A stretch of 64,000 bases of DNA, taken from NCBI GenBank assembly GCA_965215005.1, contig CBDCCZ010000060.1:32001-96000 (forward strand), read 5' to 3'. The position numbers were made by a program, and so were the translations under genes. Below, piece by piece: positions 44,320-54,900 of this stretch. This DNA is from Kofleriaceae bacterium. Lineage in GTDB: Bacteria > Myxococcota_A > Polyangia > Haliangiales > Haliangiaceae. The notes under the pieces are model-generated. The model ran no database searches. It was not told the DNA's origin and worked only from the letters and a program-made list of their open reading frames with translations. How positions within the stretch are numbered: the stretch's first letter is position 1; each line of letters begins with the position of its first letter.

Positions 44320-46018
44320 CTAAGGCGGTGCGGCCGTGCGAAAAGGCGGGGGTGAAATGTAGTGAACCAGGAAGAGCCGCCGAGGACGGGCTCGCCGGCG
44401 CTTTGGCGTCAGGAGAGAGTATCGCCGGCGGGGCTGCTCTGGGCACTCGCGGGCGGCGAGCCAGGCGCGTTGGCAGGAGCTCAGGGGCGCGGCTCATCAT
44501 CCAGCCGTTAGCGACTTTGTCGATGACATCGGCGAGGTAGTCGTAGGGGTTGACGCCGTCGATCTCGCACTGGAGAACGAGCGAGAGGAGGATGGCAAAG
44601 CGCTGACCTGCCTCGACGCTGCCGACGAAGAGGCAGTTTTTGCGGAAGATGCCGACGGTGCGCAGCCGGCGCTCGACGTGGGCGTTGGAGATGGGCAGCG
44701 AGCCATCGGTAAGAAAGACCTCGAGTGTTGGCAGCTGGCGCTGAAAGTAGACGACGGCTTTGCCCAATGCACTCTTGCTGCCTGCTTGCGGCGCGAGTTT
44801 GGCAACGGCCTCTGTGAGCCGTTTCCAGGTCGGCACCGACGCGGCAGCGCGCAGCGTGCCCCGCCCCACGTCATCTAGCCCGCGCTCTTTAGCCTCGCGT
44901 TCGATGGCGTAGAGTGCTTTGTAGATGTCGACGATCGGCTGAGCGCGTCGATCGCCTTGCTCGAGCGCAGCCACGAATTTGCGGCGTGCATGGTCGTTGC
45001 AGCCGACGCGGATAGGTCCACCTTCGCGGGCGAATAGCGGATTGATGCCGCCATAGCCGTCGCCTTGGATGCTGCCGGAAAAACTAGAAAGCACAGCGCG
45101 AGGGTGCTTTCCTTTCCAGTCTTCGCTGAATTCAGCGTAAGCGATACGACTGATGTCGCCAAGGTAAAGCCATTGACGGCCGCGCACCATCGTCTTGCCG
45201 CTTGGCGAGCCGCGGCTTTGTGCCTTGAGCGGTGTGTCGTCCAAACTGATGAGTCTAGACTTTAGAAGCTCTGTTCGCAGGAGCGGATGGAGAAACGCCA
45301 GCATGCGTGCCGTCTCGCCAAACCAGTCGTTGAGGGTCGACGTAGCTAGATTCGCACCATGGCGGCGGAGGCCGCGGGCAATACGCTCGATCGGCAGACC
45401 ATCGAGCACTTTGCCAACCACCAAATGGGCAAGCAAGCTGGCTGACGCCATGCTACCGGAGATGGGCTTTGCAGGCAGTTGAGGCGGCGCCGTTACGATG
45501 CCGTCGTCGCAGCGCCGACATGCGTACTTGAAGCGGTGCTCTTCCAGCTTATAGAGCTGCGCCGGCTGAAAGATGATGCGCCGCTGGATATCTGGCGGCA
45601 GCTCCGCTCGCGTCTTGCCGCACGAGCCGCAGTTACGCTCGTCGCCAGTGAGGCGTGCTTCGACCACCTCGACACGTAGCTCCTTGCCACGACGCACTCG
45701 CTTCTGTTTTGGCTTTGCCGGCGCGCTGCGTTCAACTTCCACTGGCTCCGGGGAAGTCACTTCGCGGTTGAAGGCGAGCACATTCAACAGATCCAGCGCT
45801 AACTGTCCAGCGGGCACCGCTTCAGCCTTCTTGCGATATGGTGCGCCGATCAACCATCGCACGCGCTCGCTGAGCTCGGACACCTCGTCTCCGAGCGAGC
45901 TCAGCAGAGCAATGATGCGATCCACCGTCGCGCGTTCCGCGTCGCTCACCTTGTCTCGAAGCGCATCGAGCGCCTCAAGTGCCTCGTGAACCTCTGTGCG
46001 CGCTGCCGTCACCTGCAC
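44320..46018 (-). CDS. tnpC: IS66 transposase TnpC (apparent +1 insertion near 44470)
   Basis: Coiled coil, CGSC...CRRC Zn finger, LDDTP, GDGY, CNDHARRKF, SNAHVERRLR, ELLP; the +1 frame gives LLPRAW and a TAG inside the element. Confidence 0.9.
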
Positions 46019-46046
46019 TCTTCGCTAGCAGGCGGCGGATCGAAGT

Positions 46047-46385
46047 TCAAGTGCTTTGCGACATCTCTTGCACCAACTCAGCGCGCGTAAGCAGTCGACT
46101 TAGCTCCGCTTGCGTTATCTCAGCAGCGCATTGATCATTTTTGATCGAAAGGCGCATCTGAAACGTGCCCTTCACCAGCCGCTTGCTCAGTAAGCAGTAC
46201 CCGCCTTGATCAAAGAACAAGATCTTGATCATATCGCCGCGACGGTTGCGAAACAGATACAGGTCGCCACCTTCTGGCTCCCGCTCGAGCTGTTCGCGCA
46301 CCAGCGTCGACAGCCCATCCATCTGCTTGCGCATGTCACACGGCGACGCATACGCAAAGACGCGCGCGGCACGGTTACTCAGCAT
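46047..46385 (-). CDS. tnpB: IS66 accessory protein TnpB
   Basis: PCDMRKQMDGL, LYLFRNRR, KILFFD, KRL..G.F. Confidence 0.92.
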   Translation of the reverse strand: MLSNRAARVFAYASPCDMRKQMDGLSTLVREQLEREPEGGDLYLFRNRRGDMIKILFFDQGGYCLLSKRLVKGTFQMRLSIKNDQCAAEITQAELSRLLTRAELVQEMSQST

Positions 46386-46764
46386 GGTCGCCTCCCAAGA
46401 CTGCCATCCAAGGCCGTAGCGACACCGCATTCCAGTCGCCACGAAACACCATCGTTGCGCCAGTTCGCAGCGTGACCTCGACCTGCCGCCGATCCATCGT
46501 CTGCTCTGGCTCATCCACCACCAGGACCGGCACGAAGCCGCCCGTTCCCGCCATCGATCTTGCAAGCGGCTCCGCGCCAAGCCTCTTGCGCCAATACTGA
46601 ATTCGGTGCGACGCGACCCCTGTTCGGCGCGAATAGCCGGCGTCACTTTCGCCGCTAGCCGCCAACTCCTCCAACATCGCCGCTCCCTCCGCCGCGCTCC
46701 ACCGCGCACGACCGCCCAGCGGGGCAGCTGATTGGCCCTGATCTCGCTCTCGTTGATGCTTCAT
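46375..46764 (-). CDS. tnpA: IS66 TnpA (HTH)
   Basis: SGES...YSRRTGV...QYWRKRL, FVPV, VEVTLRTG; overlaps the tnpB start. Confidence 0.8.
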   Translation of the reverse strand: MKHQRERDQGQSAAPLGGRARWSAAEGAAMLEELAASGESDAGYSRRTGVASHRIQYWRKRLGAEPLARSMAGTGGFVPVLVVDEPEQTMDRRQVEVTLRTGATMVFRGDWNAVSLRPWMAVLGGDHAE

Positions 46765-47055
46765 GCCCTCCTACTGACCATGAAGCCGCGCATCGCAGTA
46801 GGTGCGGACTGTCGGGCGGATACGCTCGCGCCGAAGGCGCGATGCAAGCGGCGAGCGGAGCGTCGACGTGCCGCCGGGCCAAAGGCCCGCCGGCGTAACA
46901 GCGCGTCCCCCGGGGCTCGACTGCACGGGCGGAGTCCGGCCACACCTTGCGCCGAAGGCGCGGTGCAAGCGCGAGGGGAAGCCCGGCCGCCGCGCAAGCG
47001 CACGGGGCCGGGTTGTGGAAGGAGCGAATGAGAGACGTACAGCTATGTCACAGCG

Positions 47056-49677
47056 CTACGGGGTGGGCGTGCGATCGATGATGAAGACAGGGGACTCTGC
47101 TAACTCGACGTGGTTTGGGTTGGTGGGGTCGCCGAGGGCTTTGACCAACGTGAACCGAATTCGGTAGCGACCGTCCGGAAGGTACCGTGCATCCAGCTCG
47201 CCGAATCCAAAGGTGTTCACTCCCCCCGGATTGTTGCGCCTCACCTTGGCCGCTGAGAACACGGGCTGCGGGCCCATCCAGGCGTTCTCGCCCAGTGGGA
47301 TGATTGCTATGGTCAGTTTCGCTACCGCATGGGCGAGCCCGATGCCGACGGTGACATGGTCGCCTTCTGTCATCGTGTAGGAGGTGCCTTCGGGAAGTAC
47401 CGATATTCCTTCTTCGCTAACGTCGGCCAGGAACGGTTGGAAGGACACTGCTGGCAGGCTTTGATAGTCGCCTTTAAAGCCGACGTACGGGACAACCGCC
47501 GAGTTTGCCTCTAGTTCCGCGCCTTGAGGAATGACGGTGATGTAGCCGCCGTATACGCTTCTATCGGGCAGGTCAGTTGGTGCCTCGATCGTTGCCTCGA
47601 CGGTGACGTAGCCACCGGCAGGAACGGTTACTTCGTCGATAGGTTCATCGCCCTGCGTGATCGCCCGAAAGGTGACGCTCGCCGTTCCTAGAGCGAACTC
47701 AGGCTCATTGGTGGAGCCGATGGTCGATACTGCAGCAATGTTCTGCAGACTGTATGTGACTTCCTCTGCGCTTTGATTGCTAACCGCCAGGACGTGCGTG
47801 CTCGCCCCTGCTTCACTCTCCCCAAGAGCCAAAGCCGATGGTGCGACGAACGTCTCGTTGAGGATTGCGTTGTCGATTTGCAGAAGACCCGCTCCCTGTC
47901 GATGCGTTGCTTCGAGAAGACCCAAGTCTCGATCGCCCGACCAGAGGATGGGATCGGCAGTATTTTGCAGGCGTGGTCGCACCTGCGAAGGGCTAATGTC
48001 CGGGCGAGCCTCCAGCAGGAGCGCCACTGCGCCGGCAACGTGCGGTGAAGAAAACGATGTTCCGTTGAGCACGGCGTACCCATTGCTGCCCTCGATGTCG
48101 AGAGGATAGGTCGAGCGAATGAAGCCACCGGGAGCCGTGAGGTCTGGCTTGAGGCCTAGGTTTGGCAGTGGCCCATAGGAGCTAAAGCCCGAGGCCAGTC
48201 CGCCCGTGGGGAGCGCTTCTAAGAAGATCTCCGCAGTCCACGTAATTGTCACACTCTGGCCCGCTGTAAGCATTTCCTTGAGGACGCTGCCTGCTTCGGC
48301 TGAGATGGAGATGCCGAAGCCGTTGTCGTACTCGCCGCCTAAAGTACCGTTGAATCCACCGGGGCGATTATTCTCCACGACCACCCCGATAGCGCCGGCC
48401 TCGAAGGCACGCAGATACTTCTCGGCGAAGCTGCATGCTCCTCTGGTGATCAGTGCAACTTGGCCAGTGGGATCCGCAAGGTAATCGTCAGCCGCACAGC
48501 CCTGGCCGACGAAGACGATAGGAGCCGTCTCACCTTCTTGGGGCGGCACGGGAGCGCCCGTTAGAACCTGGTAACCCACCTCGGTTCCGCCGGTAAGAAT
48601 CAGCTTATTCGCTGAGCCAAAGAGGTTGTCCACGGAGCCCACGGCGATAACTTGTTCACCGGCGCCGGGCGAGCCAATGGAGTACACGCCGCTTCGCCCA
48701 TTGTTGCCAGCAGAGGCAACCGGAATGACTCCTAAATCGAGAACTCGGCCCAGCGCTGTCGCAAGAAAGTCGTCCGGCCAACCATTATTGGAGCCAAGAC
48801 TCAGGTTAATGACGTCCATGCCATCGCGAACGGCGCGCTCGATGGCGCTCACAATGACGTCATCATTTGTAGATCCGTCGCAACCGAAGACCCGGTAACT
48901 GCCGATCGATGCGCCCGGCGCTACGCCGCGAGCACCTCCCATTTCTGGGTCACCGCCGGCTGCTGCAATGCCCGCGACGTGGGTGCCGTGACCGCCGCAA
49001 TCATCCCCACCTGGGCGAGTTCCGGGACCAGGCTCGGGCACCGGAATCGAGTTGGCTGGATCGTTGGCATCGTAGGCATCTCCGACGAAGTCAAAGCCGG
49101 TGATGATGCGTGTACCGAAGTCGGGATGCTGGAGATCGACGCCGCTGTCGATGATACCGATCTTGATCCCGCTGCCGTCGTAGCCGAGCTCGCTCTGCAC
49201 CACGTCAGCGCCAGTCATCGATAGGGCGCTCACCAGGTTTGGCTCGCTCACCTCCAGAGGCTCAGGCATCGTGCTGGTGCCGACCGGAAGCAGTCGTTTG
49301 ACGTTAGGAATGGACGCAAGCGCCGCAAGCTGCGCGGGTTCGACGATTACGGTCAACCCGTTTAGCAGTTCCGTAAAGCGGTAGCGCTCCTCAAAGTCGA
49401 CCGCTAAAGCTTCTGCGGTTGATCTGAATAGGGCAACCTCATCGACCTTCGCTAGAGTTGACCCTCCAAATATGTTGGCCGGTTCTTCGAGCTCCACAAA
49501 CCAAATGTTCGTAGTCTCATCGGTGAGGCCTGCGGTTACGTCCTGAAGAGTAGAGCCGTTCTCGGGGGCCGGAGCTTCATCGGTCCGCTCCTCTGGAAGA
49601 GGATGCTCGGAGCTCGTGCAATGAGGCAACACCGCAAGCATCGCGGTGAGCAGTGTCAAGTTGAAAAAACGTCGCAT
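47056..49677 (-). CDS. S8 subtilisin-like serine peptidase with PA and Fn3-like domains, probable lipoprotein
   Basis: IIDSG, HGTHVAG, SAGN and GTSFSSPHVAG catalytic motifs; RGACSF PA domain; LPH-C after a hydrophobic signal. Confidence 0.92.
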   Translation of the reverse strand: MRRFFNLTLLTAMLAVLPHCTSSEHPLPEERTDEAPAPENGSTLQDVTAGLTDETTNIWFVELEEPANIFGGSTLAKVDEVALFRSTAEALAVDFEERYRFTELLNGLTVIVEPAQLAALASIPNVKRLLPVGTSTMPEPLEVSEPNLVSALSMTGADVVQSELGYDGSGIKIGIIDSGVDLQHPDFGTRIITGFDFVGDAYDANDPANSIPVPEPGPGTRPGGDDCGGHGTHVAGIAAAGGDPEMGGARGVAPGASIGSYRVFGCDGSTNDDVIVSAIERAVRDGMDVINLSLGSNNGWPDDFLATALGRVLDLGVIPVASAGNNGRSGVYSIGSPGAGEQVIAVGSVDNLFGSANKLILTGGTEVGYQVLTGAPVPPQEGETAPIVFVGQGCAADDYLADPTGQVALITRGACSFAEKYLRAFEAGAIGVVVENNRPGGFNGTLGGEYDNGFGISISAEAGSVLKEMLTAGQSVTITWTAEIFLEALPTGGLASGFSSYGPLPNLGLKPDLTAPGGFIRSTYPLDIEGSNGYAVLNGTSFSSPHVAGAVALLLEARPDISPSQVRPRLQNTADPILWSGDRDLGLLEATHRQGAGLLQIDNAILNETFVAPSALALGESEAGASTHVLAVSNQSAEEVTYSLQNIAAVSTIGSTNEPEFALGTASVTFRAITQGDEPIDEVTVPAGGYVTVEATIEAPTDLPDRSVYGGYITVIPQGAELEANSAVVPYVGFKGDYQSLPAVSFQPFLADVSEEGISVLPEGTSYTMTEGDHVTVGIGLAHAVAKLTIAIIPLGENAWMGPQPVFSAAKVRRNNPGGVNTFGFGELDARYLPDGRYRIRFTLVKALGDPTNPNHVELAESPVFIIDRTPTP

Positions 49678-49700
49678 GGTGCGTGTCCTTAGGCCCCGCG

Positions 49701-51500
49701 TTAGGGAGCTGCGATGTCAGTCGTGTTCGAGAACCACAGGTATTCGCTGAGATGCAATGGCGAGCTCGGCAGTGGAAGCTCTGCAAGGCCGACGTCTCCA
49801 GCCCGCAGGCGGACCGCGTACGGCTCCTCCTCCGTTAACGCGCCGCTCAAGCTCACCCGCAACGGACTGGCGGTGCCCCTGCTCACACCAGTCACCGCGC
49901 TGTAAATGCCATAGGCGTGCGCCTCGAACACTGAAGCGCCCGCAGGCGGGGTGAAGATCACTCTAAGGCGTTGATTGTTGGCGGAAGGAAGAACCCTGGT
50001 GATCGTCGGCACTTCGATGGCGCCGCCAGCATCGATTGCGCGTTCGATCGTCGTGTTCGGGAACTCGAATACGAACGTCCCGGAGGCAGCTGCTTGAGGT
50101 AGCGCGACGCCTTTGGGTGCAAATCGTGCGATGGACGGAGCGGGCGCGCTCTGGACGCTGCGTCGGCGGGCTTCCAGGCTGAGCTCTCGGAGAGTGGGAA
50201 GTGGAAGGCCGCTGTCGCCATCAGTGAGAACAATAGACAACATTCCACTCTGGCTCGGAGCTGGGTCGTAGAGGAACGGGAATTCGCCCGACACCGGATG
50301 GGTGATGCGCATCATCACCTTGTAAGGAACAGGACTGCCATCGGGCAGTCGAGCGCTCACTGCTAGTAAGTTTCCTGAGAATGCAGGAATGGTGCTGCGG
50401 TTACTCGCGGCATTGAAAGTTCCAACCACAGCCTCGAACGCAGCCTCGCTGGGTGCGGTCGCTACTGTGAGCTGATAATCGAAGTCTTCTCCGCCCGAGC
50501 CCGTCACATCGTAAACTTCGACGTAGTAGCTGCCCGGCTCGAGAACGAGAACTCCCAGCTCCCCGGAGGAGCTGCTGTCGATGAGTTGCTCGTCGAGAAG
50601 CGAAACTCCTGCCGCGAATGGAGACCCCACGCCAGCTCGCGCCGTAGCCGTGATCACCACCGGCTCCGCAACCGAGATGCGATACATATCAACGTCGCCG
50701 GCTGCGCAGATCGCTCCAAGGGCAAAGCCGTCGGCGAGATCGAGTGCAGTCTCTCGCGTATCACCAGCGTCGACGGCATCCGGCCCACAGGGCTCGTACC
50801 CTGCAATCGTAAAAGAGCCATCATCCGTCAGCGCCAGTAACTCGACTGGATAGCGAGATCCTTCAGCCGCGCTCATGGCTATGAAAGTGAGCCTGTCGCC
50901 CGCCGTTAGCTCTATGACGCCAGAGTCAAACACCACGTCTTCGGTGACTCCCGCCGCAGTGAGCCGCAGACGCGCCGTGCCCGCTGAGACGTCTGTGAAC
51001 GGGCTGGCTTCTCCAGCTGCTACATCGACAATCGTCGGCACGTCGTCCAATCCTGCGGCCGGCGGAGTGACGAAAAGGTCGACGGCGCCGATATCATCGA
51101 CCGCATGCACCAGACGAATCGACGCTGTCATTGCTGGCTCATCCTCTGCATTCACAGAGGAGCGACCTTGGTCAGTGAGCACCAGGCCGTTGCTCGGCAT
51201 GATCGTGTAGCGTTCGTCGGGGCTGAGTCGAAGTGTCTCCTCAAAGATGGTTGTCGTGCCGCCATCAGTGGTGATTTCTACGGCTCGAACGCCCGCTTGT
51301 ACATCGAGCCATCGTGCGCTCTGCTCGGTACCTAGATCTGCTATGAGAAGCTCACCATCGACTTTCAAAGCAACGGTGCTCGCGGAGGTGGGCTCCAATA
51401 GAACCCGTAGCTGCGCCATGCCCTGCGGCTCCGGCTCCGGCTCCGCGGAGCATGCGCACAGCGCGGCGGCCACGGCGGCAAGCCAAAATGTTCGTATCAT
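49701..51500 (-). CDS. Lipoprotein with DUF4397-like and PPC-like domains
   Basis: LCA-C lipobox, IRLVHAV...VDLFV, DVDMYRI...PGSYYVEV; 23 bp upstream of the S8 gene. Confidence 0.75.
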   Translation of the reverse strand: MIRTFWLAAVAAALCACSAEPEPEPQGMAQLRVLLEPTSASTVALKVDGELLIADLGTEQSARWLDVQAGVRAVEITTDGGTTTIFEETLRLSPDERYTIMPSNGLVLTDQGRSSVNAEDEPAMTASIRLVHAVDDIGAVDLFVTPPAAGLDDVPTIVDVAAGEASPFTDVSAGTARLRLTAAGVTEDVVFDSGVIELTAGDRLTFIAMSAAEGSRYPVELLALTDDGSFTIAGYEPCGPDAVDAGDTRETALDLADGFALGAICAAGDVDMYRISVAEPVVITATARAGVGSPFAAGVSLLDEQLIDSSSSGELGVLVLEPGSYYVEVYDVTGSGGEDFDYQLTVATAPSEAAFEAVVGTFNAASNRSTIPAFSGNLLAVSARLPDGSPVPYKVMMRITHPVSGEFPFLYDPAPSQSGMLSIVLTDGDSGLPLPTLRELSLEARRRSVQSAPAPSIARFAPKGVALPQAAASGTFVFEFPNTTIERAIDAGGAIEVPTITRVLPSANNQRLRVIFTPPAGASVFEAHAYGIYSAVTGVSRGTASPLRVSLSGALTEEEPYAVRLRAGDVGLAELPLPSSPLHLSEYLWFSNTTDIAAP

Positions 51501-51910
51501 CTAAGTTCTTCCTTCCCTGGTTCATCCCGGCCAATCGATCGGGACGCAGATTGTCCTCGCGGAGCCTGGTACACCGCCACGTCGCATGTAAGCGGGCAAG
51601 TACGCCGACGGCCAACCATTGCTAACCGACTGCGAGGCTGGCGACGCAGACAGGGAAGTTGCGCGCGTTGGCTGTGGCGGGACGAGCTGGAAATCCATCC
51701 CTCGCCGCCGCGCCGTCACGCTCGAGGTTGACGAACGGCGGTTCTGGTGACGGGCTCGTACTGCTCGCTCACGCTCAGGTTGCGCGTGAGCGATGACTCC
51801 TGCACGCGCGCGCTTCGCACGTTGCGGCTATTGCTCCGAATTTTCTGCAGCGTGTTCTGGGGGAGGCTTTTGCCCTGAGCAGCAGGGCACGTTATCATCG
51901 CTGGCGCTGC

Positions 51911-54900
51911 ATGCGATGGGGACTTGCTACGATGGTGCTAGTGCTCGCCGCTCCGGTGCATGCGGAGGATGCGGGTGCGGATGGTGGAGGATTGGCTAGT
52001 GGGGGCTTGGATGCGGGGGTTGCGGTCATCGAGGGCAATGGCGACGGCCCTGAGGAGGATGGCGAAGCCGCCGGCGCTGAGCTGACGCCGCTTGCGTGGC
52101 GGGAGGCGCGGAGCAAGACGTTGGCGGATGAGGTGCAGGAGTTGGTGAGGGCGACGGAGGCGTTGGTAGCGCTGGGGGATGCAAATCCGGTGTTGCCAGA
52201 GGCGTTGGCGACTCGCGCGGGGTCGGATGCCGCGACGCCGGCGGACGCGGCGACGCTCGAGCTGCGGCTCGAAAAGACCCGGCAGGTGCTGGAGAATCAG
52301 CTCCGCGATGAGGAGGCGCTAGCGGAGTTGGCTGCGTTGCGATGGGGGGATTCGAAGCGTCCGATCGAGCGTGCACGGGCGGCGGCGGCGCGGTTGACGG
52401 CGGAGCGAACGGCTGCGGAGCTCAACTGGCAGCTAGCGCTCGCGCGGTGGCTCGAGGCAACGGCGCTGGCGCGCGAGGCGGCGGCGGTCGATCCGTTGCA
52501 GCGCCAGATCGACAGCGAACGAGCGGCGGCGGCGGCGGCGGAGCGTGAAGCGGAGCGGGCGGCGGCGGCGGCGGCGGCGGAGCGGCGGGATGCACGTAGT
52601 GAGATTGAGCAATTGCTCGCAAGTGAGCGCGCAGCGCTGCAGAAGGTTGATTCGGCGCAAGCGCGCTATCGCGCGTTGCTCGTCGAGGAGAAGGCCAAGC
52701 TTGCACGGATTACGGCTGACATTGGTGCGTTAGACGATGCGTTGGCGGAGCTCGAGCCGGTGGATGGTTATGAGCGATTGATAGCGCGGCTCGAACGGCG
52801 ACGGGTGGCAGCGCTCGAGGACAATCTAACGCTATTGACAGGAGTGCAGCCTCCTGCGCGCCCGCCCGAACAGCTGGGCGCGGAAGTACGGGGCTTGCCA
52901 AAAGCGTATGCGGAGGTGGTCGCGGAGCTCGAGAGCCTGCGGGCGCGGCTGGCCAAAACCGGCCAAATCCTGACTTACGAGACCCGAAGCGTGATCAATG
53001 AGCGCGCTGACGTGCTCTATCGCCGAATGCTCGACTTGAATGATCGTCGAATCGAGCTGTTCCCGCGCCTCCCGGAGCGCTTTCAGGAACGCGTCTTTGG
53101 TATTAGCAAAGAAGGCGGCGAAGCGCTGCGTGGCGAGGCGGTGCAGTTAGCAGGGGAAGCAACCTACTGGCTCCACACCCGCGCTGATCAAGTGACGGGA
53201 CGCCGCTTGGAGTGGCGCAGTGTCATCGATCTTATTTGGTGGCTACTAGAAACTCTCATCCTACTAGCGTTGTTACGATTTGCGATGCGCCATTGGGATG
53301 AATGGATGAGTGCCGGCGTGGTAGCGATTGGTCGCTACATGCCGCTTGGCGACTGGTCGCTGTTTTGGGCGCGGTTTGTCGACTCGGCCAAGAGCTTTGG
53401 ACCGCCACTTTTGGTAGCTCTCGCTGCGATTGGCGTCAGAGCGCTGATGGGTGGCGTGGAAGCGCCGGTAGAGCTGCAAATCACCTACCGAATCGTGTTT
53501 TGGCTTGCCATCATGCGATTCCAACTGCGGGTGATACTGCGTTTGGCTCATTATGCTCAGTTGCGCGCCAGAGAGCGGCAGCGTGAGCGGCAAGATCAAG
53601 TCGAGGCCGAGGACGCTGCGGAGACTCACACCACGTTGCCAGCCACTGCGGCGGTGATTGCTCCGGCGCCGCTAGGAGACGCTCCGCCCGGGGCAATGGT
53701 CGCGAAGTCGGCAGCGACATTGTTCGCGTATACGTGGCGGGTTCTAACTCTATACGTTTCGATCATCGTGATCGTCTTGGCGCTAACCCGTTATGGGATC
53801 GGCCGGGGAGTCATCTATTATTGGTTGACGGTTCTCGCATGGTGGGGAGCGCTGCCACTCAGTGTTCATCTTCTGCGCCTCTGGCGGCCCCGTATCGTGC
53901 AGGAATATGTTCGCTGGTCTCCGAATGCGGGACGCCTCACGATCTGGGCGAAACGCCACTCCGACCACTTCTACGGTGTGTTCATTCTTGCGGCAGTGTT
54001 TCTGGTGGTGCTGGCGAGGAAGTTTGCGCGCTTTGGTCGCAATAATCTCTCGAATCTCGATGCGACGAAGCGGCTTCTAGCATTCTTATTTCGTCGTCGC
54101 GTAGAGAAGCACGCGCAGGAGCACGGCAGGGTTCTCGAAAAGCCCCACGAGCTGCCACCAGAGCTCACCGCAGCATTCCCCACAGGTGCCCTCCAGCCGA
54201 TCGATCGGCCGGTACGACCCGGATTTCTCGATGAGCTTGCCGCTGCGCTACGCGCTTGGACCGAGGATCAAGCGGATGGCTCAGTGGCAGTGGTTGGAGC
54301 CAGCGGCATGGGCAAGACCACTGCTCTGACGTTATTCGCGCGCGAGATCGAGACACCCGTGGTTTACGGAAAGCTGCGCAACAAGCTCACCGAGCCGAGC
54401 GCGATGGTCGCCCAGATTGCGGCATTGATAGGATTCGAGGAAACACCATCGTCCGAGGAACAGCTGGTTTCACTCCTTCGAGTGGGTGACCGCCGCGTGA
54501 TCATCGTTGACAACTGCCATAACCTGTTTCTGCGCCAGGTCGGGGGGTTCGACGCTTGGGAAGCGTTCACGCGGGTGGTGAACGAGACGTGTGATCATGT
54601 GTTTTGGGTACTGTCGTTCAATGCGACAGCGTGGCGCTATCTGAACAACATGTCCGGTCGCGTATCCTATTTCCGCCGCGTAATTGAGATGCCGCCCTGG
54701 ACGGACGATGCGCTGCGACGGCTGATTTTGGGGCGCATGCGCCGCGCTGGATTCAAGCCAAACTTCACGGACCTGCTGGTGACTCGTCTGGAGGGTGTGA
54801 AGACTTCTACACAGATTATCCGCACCTCCCAGGGATACTTTCGATTGCTCTGGGATTTCACCAACGGCAATCCGCGATTGGCGACTCACTTCTGGTTGCG

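Larger units (their letters stand above)
44294..46823 (-). mobile_element. IS66-family insertion sequence (2530 bp)
   Basis: 24-bp TIRs GTAAGCGCCCGACAGCGCGCACCT / GTATCCGCCCGACAGTCCGCACCT (20/24 match); flanking direct repeat GCTCGCGCC at 44285-44293 and 46824-46832; tnpA-tnpB-tnpC gene order. Confidence 0.93.

Noticed and set aside
44009..46018. 669-aa transposase with a novel C-terminal extension
   Set aside because: The extension runs through the TIR into flanking DNA; one frameshift near 44470 restores a normal IS66 TnpC end.
52520..52590. (GCG)n trinucleotide runs as a phase-variable repeat
   Set aside because: They are in-frame Ala codons within a coiled coil; length changes would not shift the frame.
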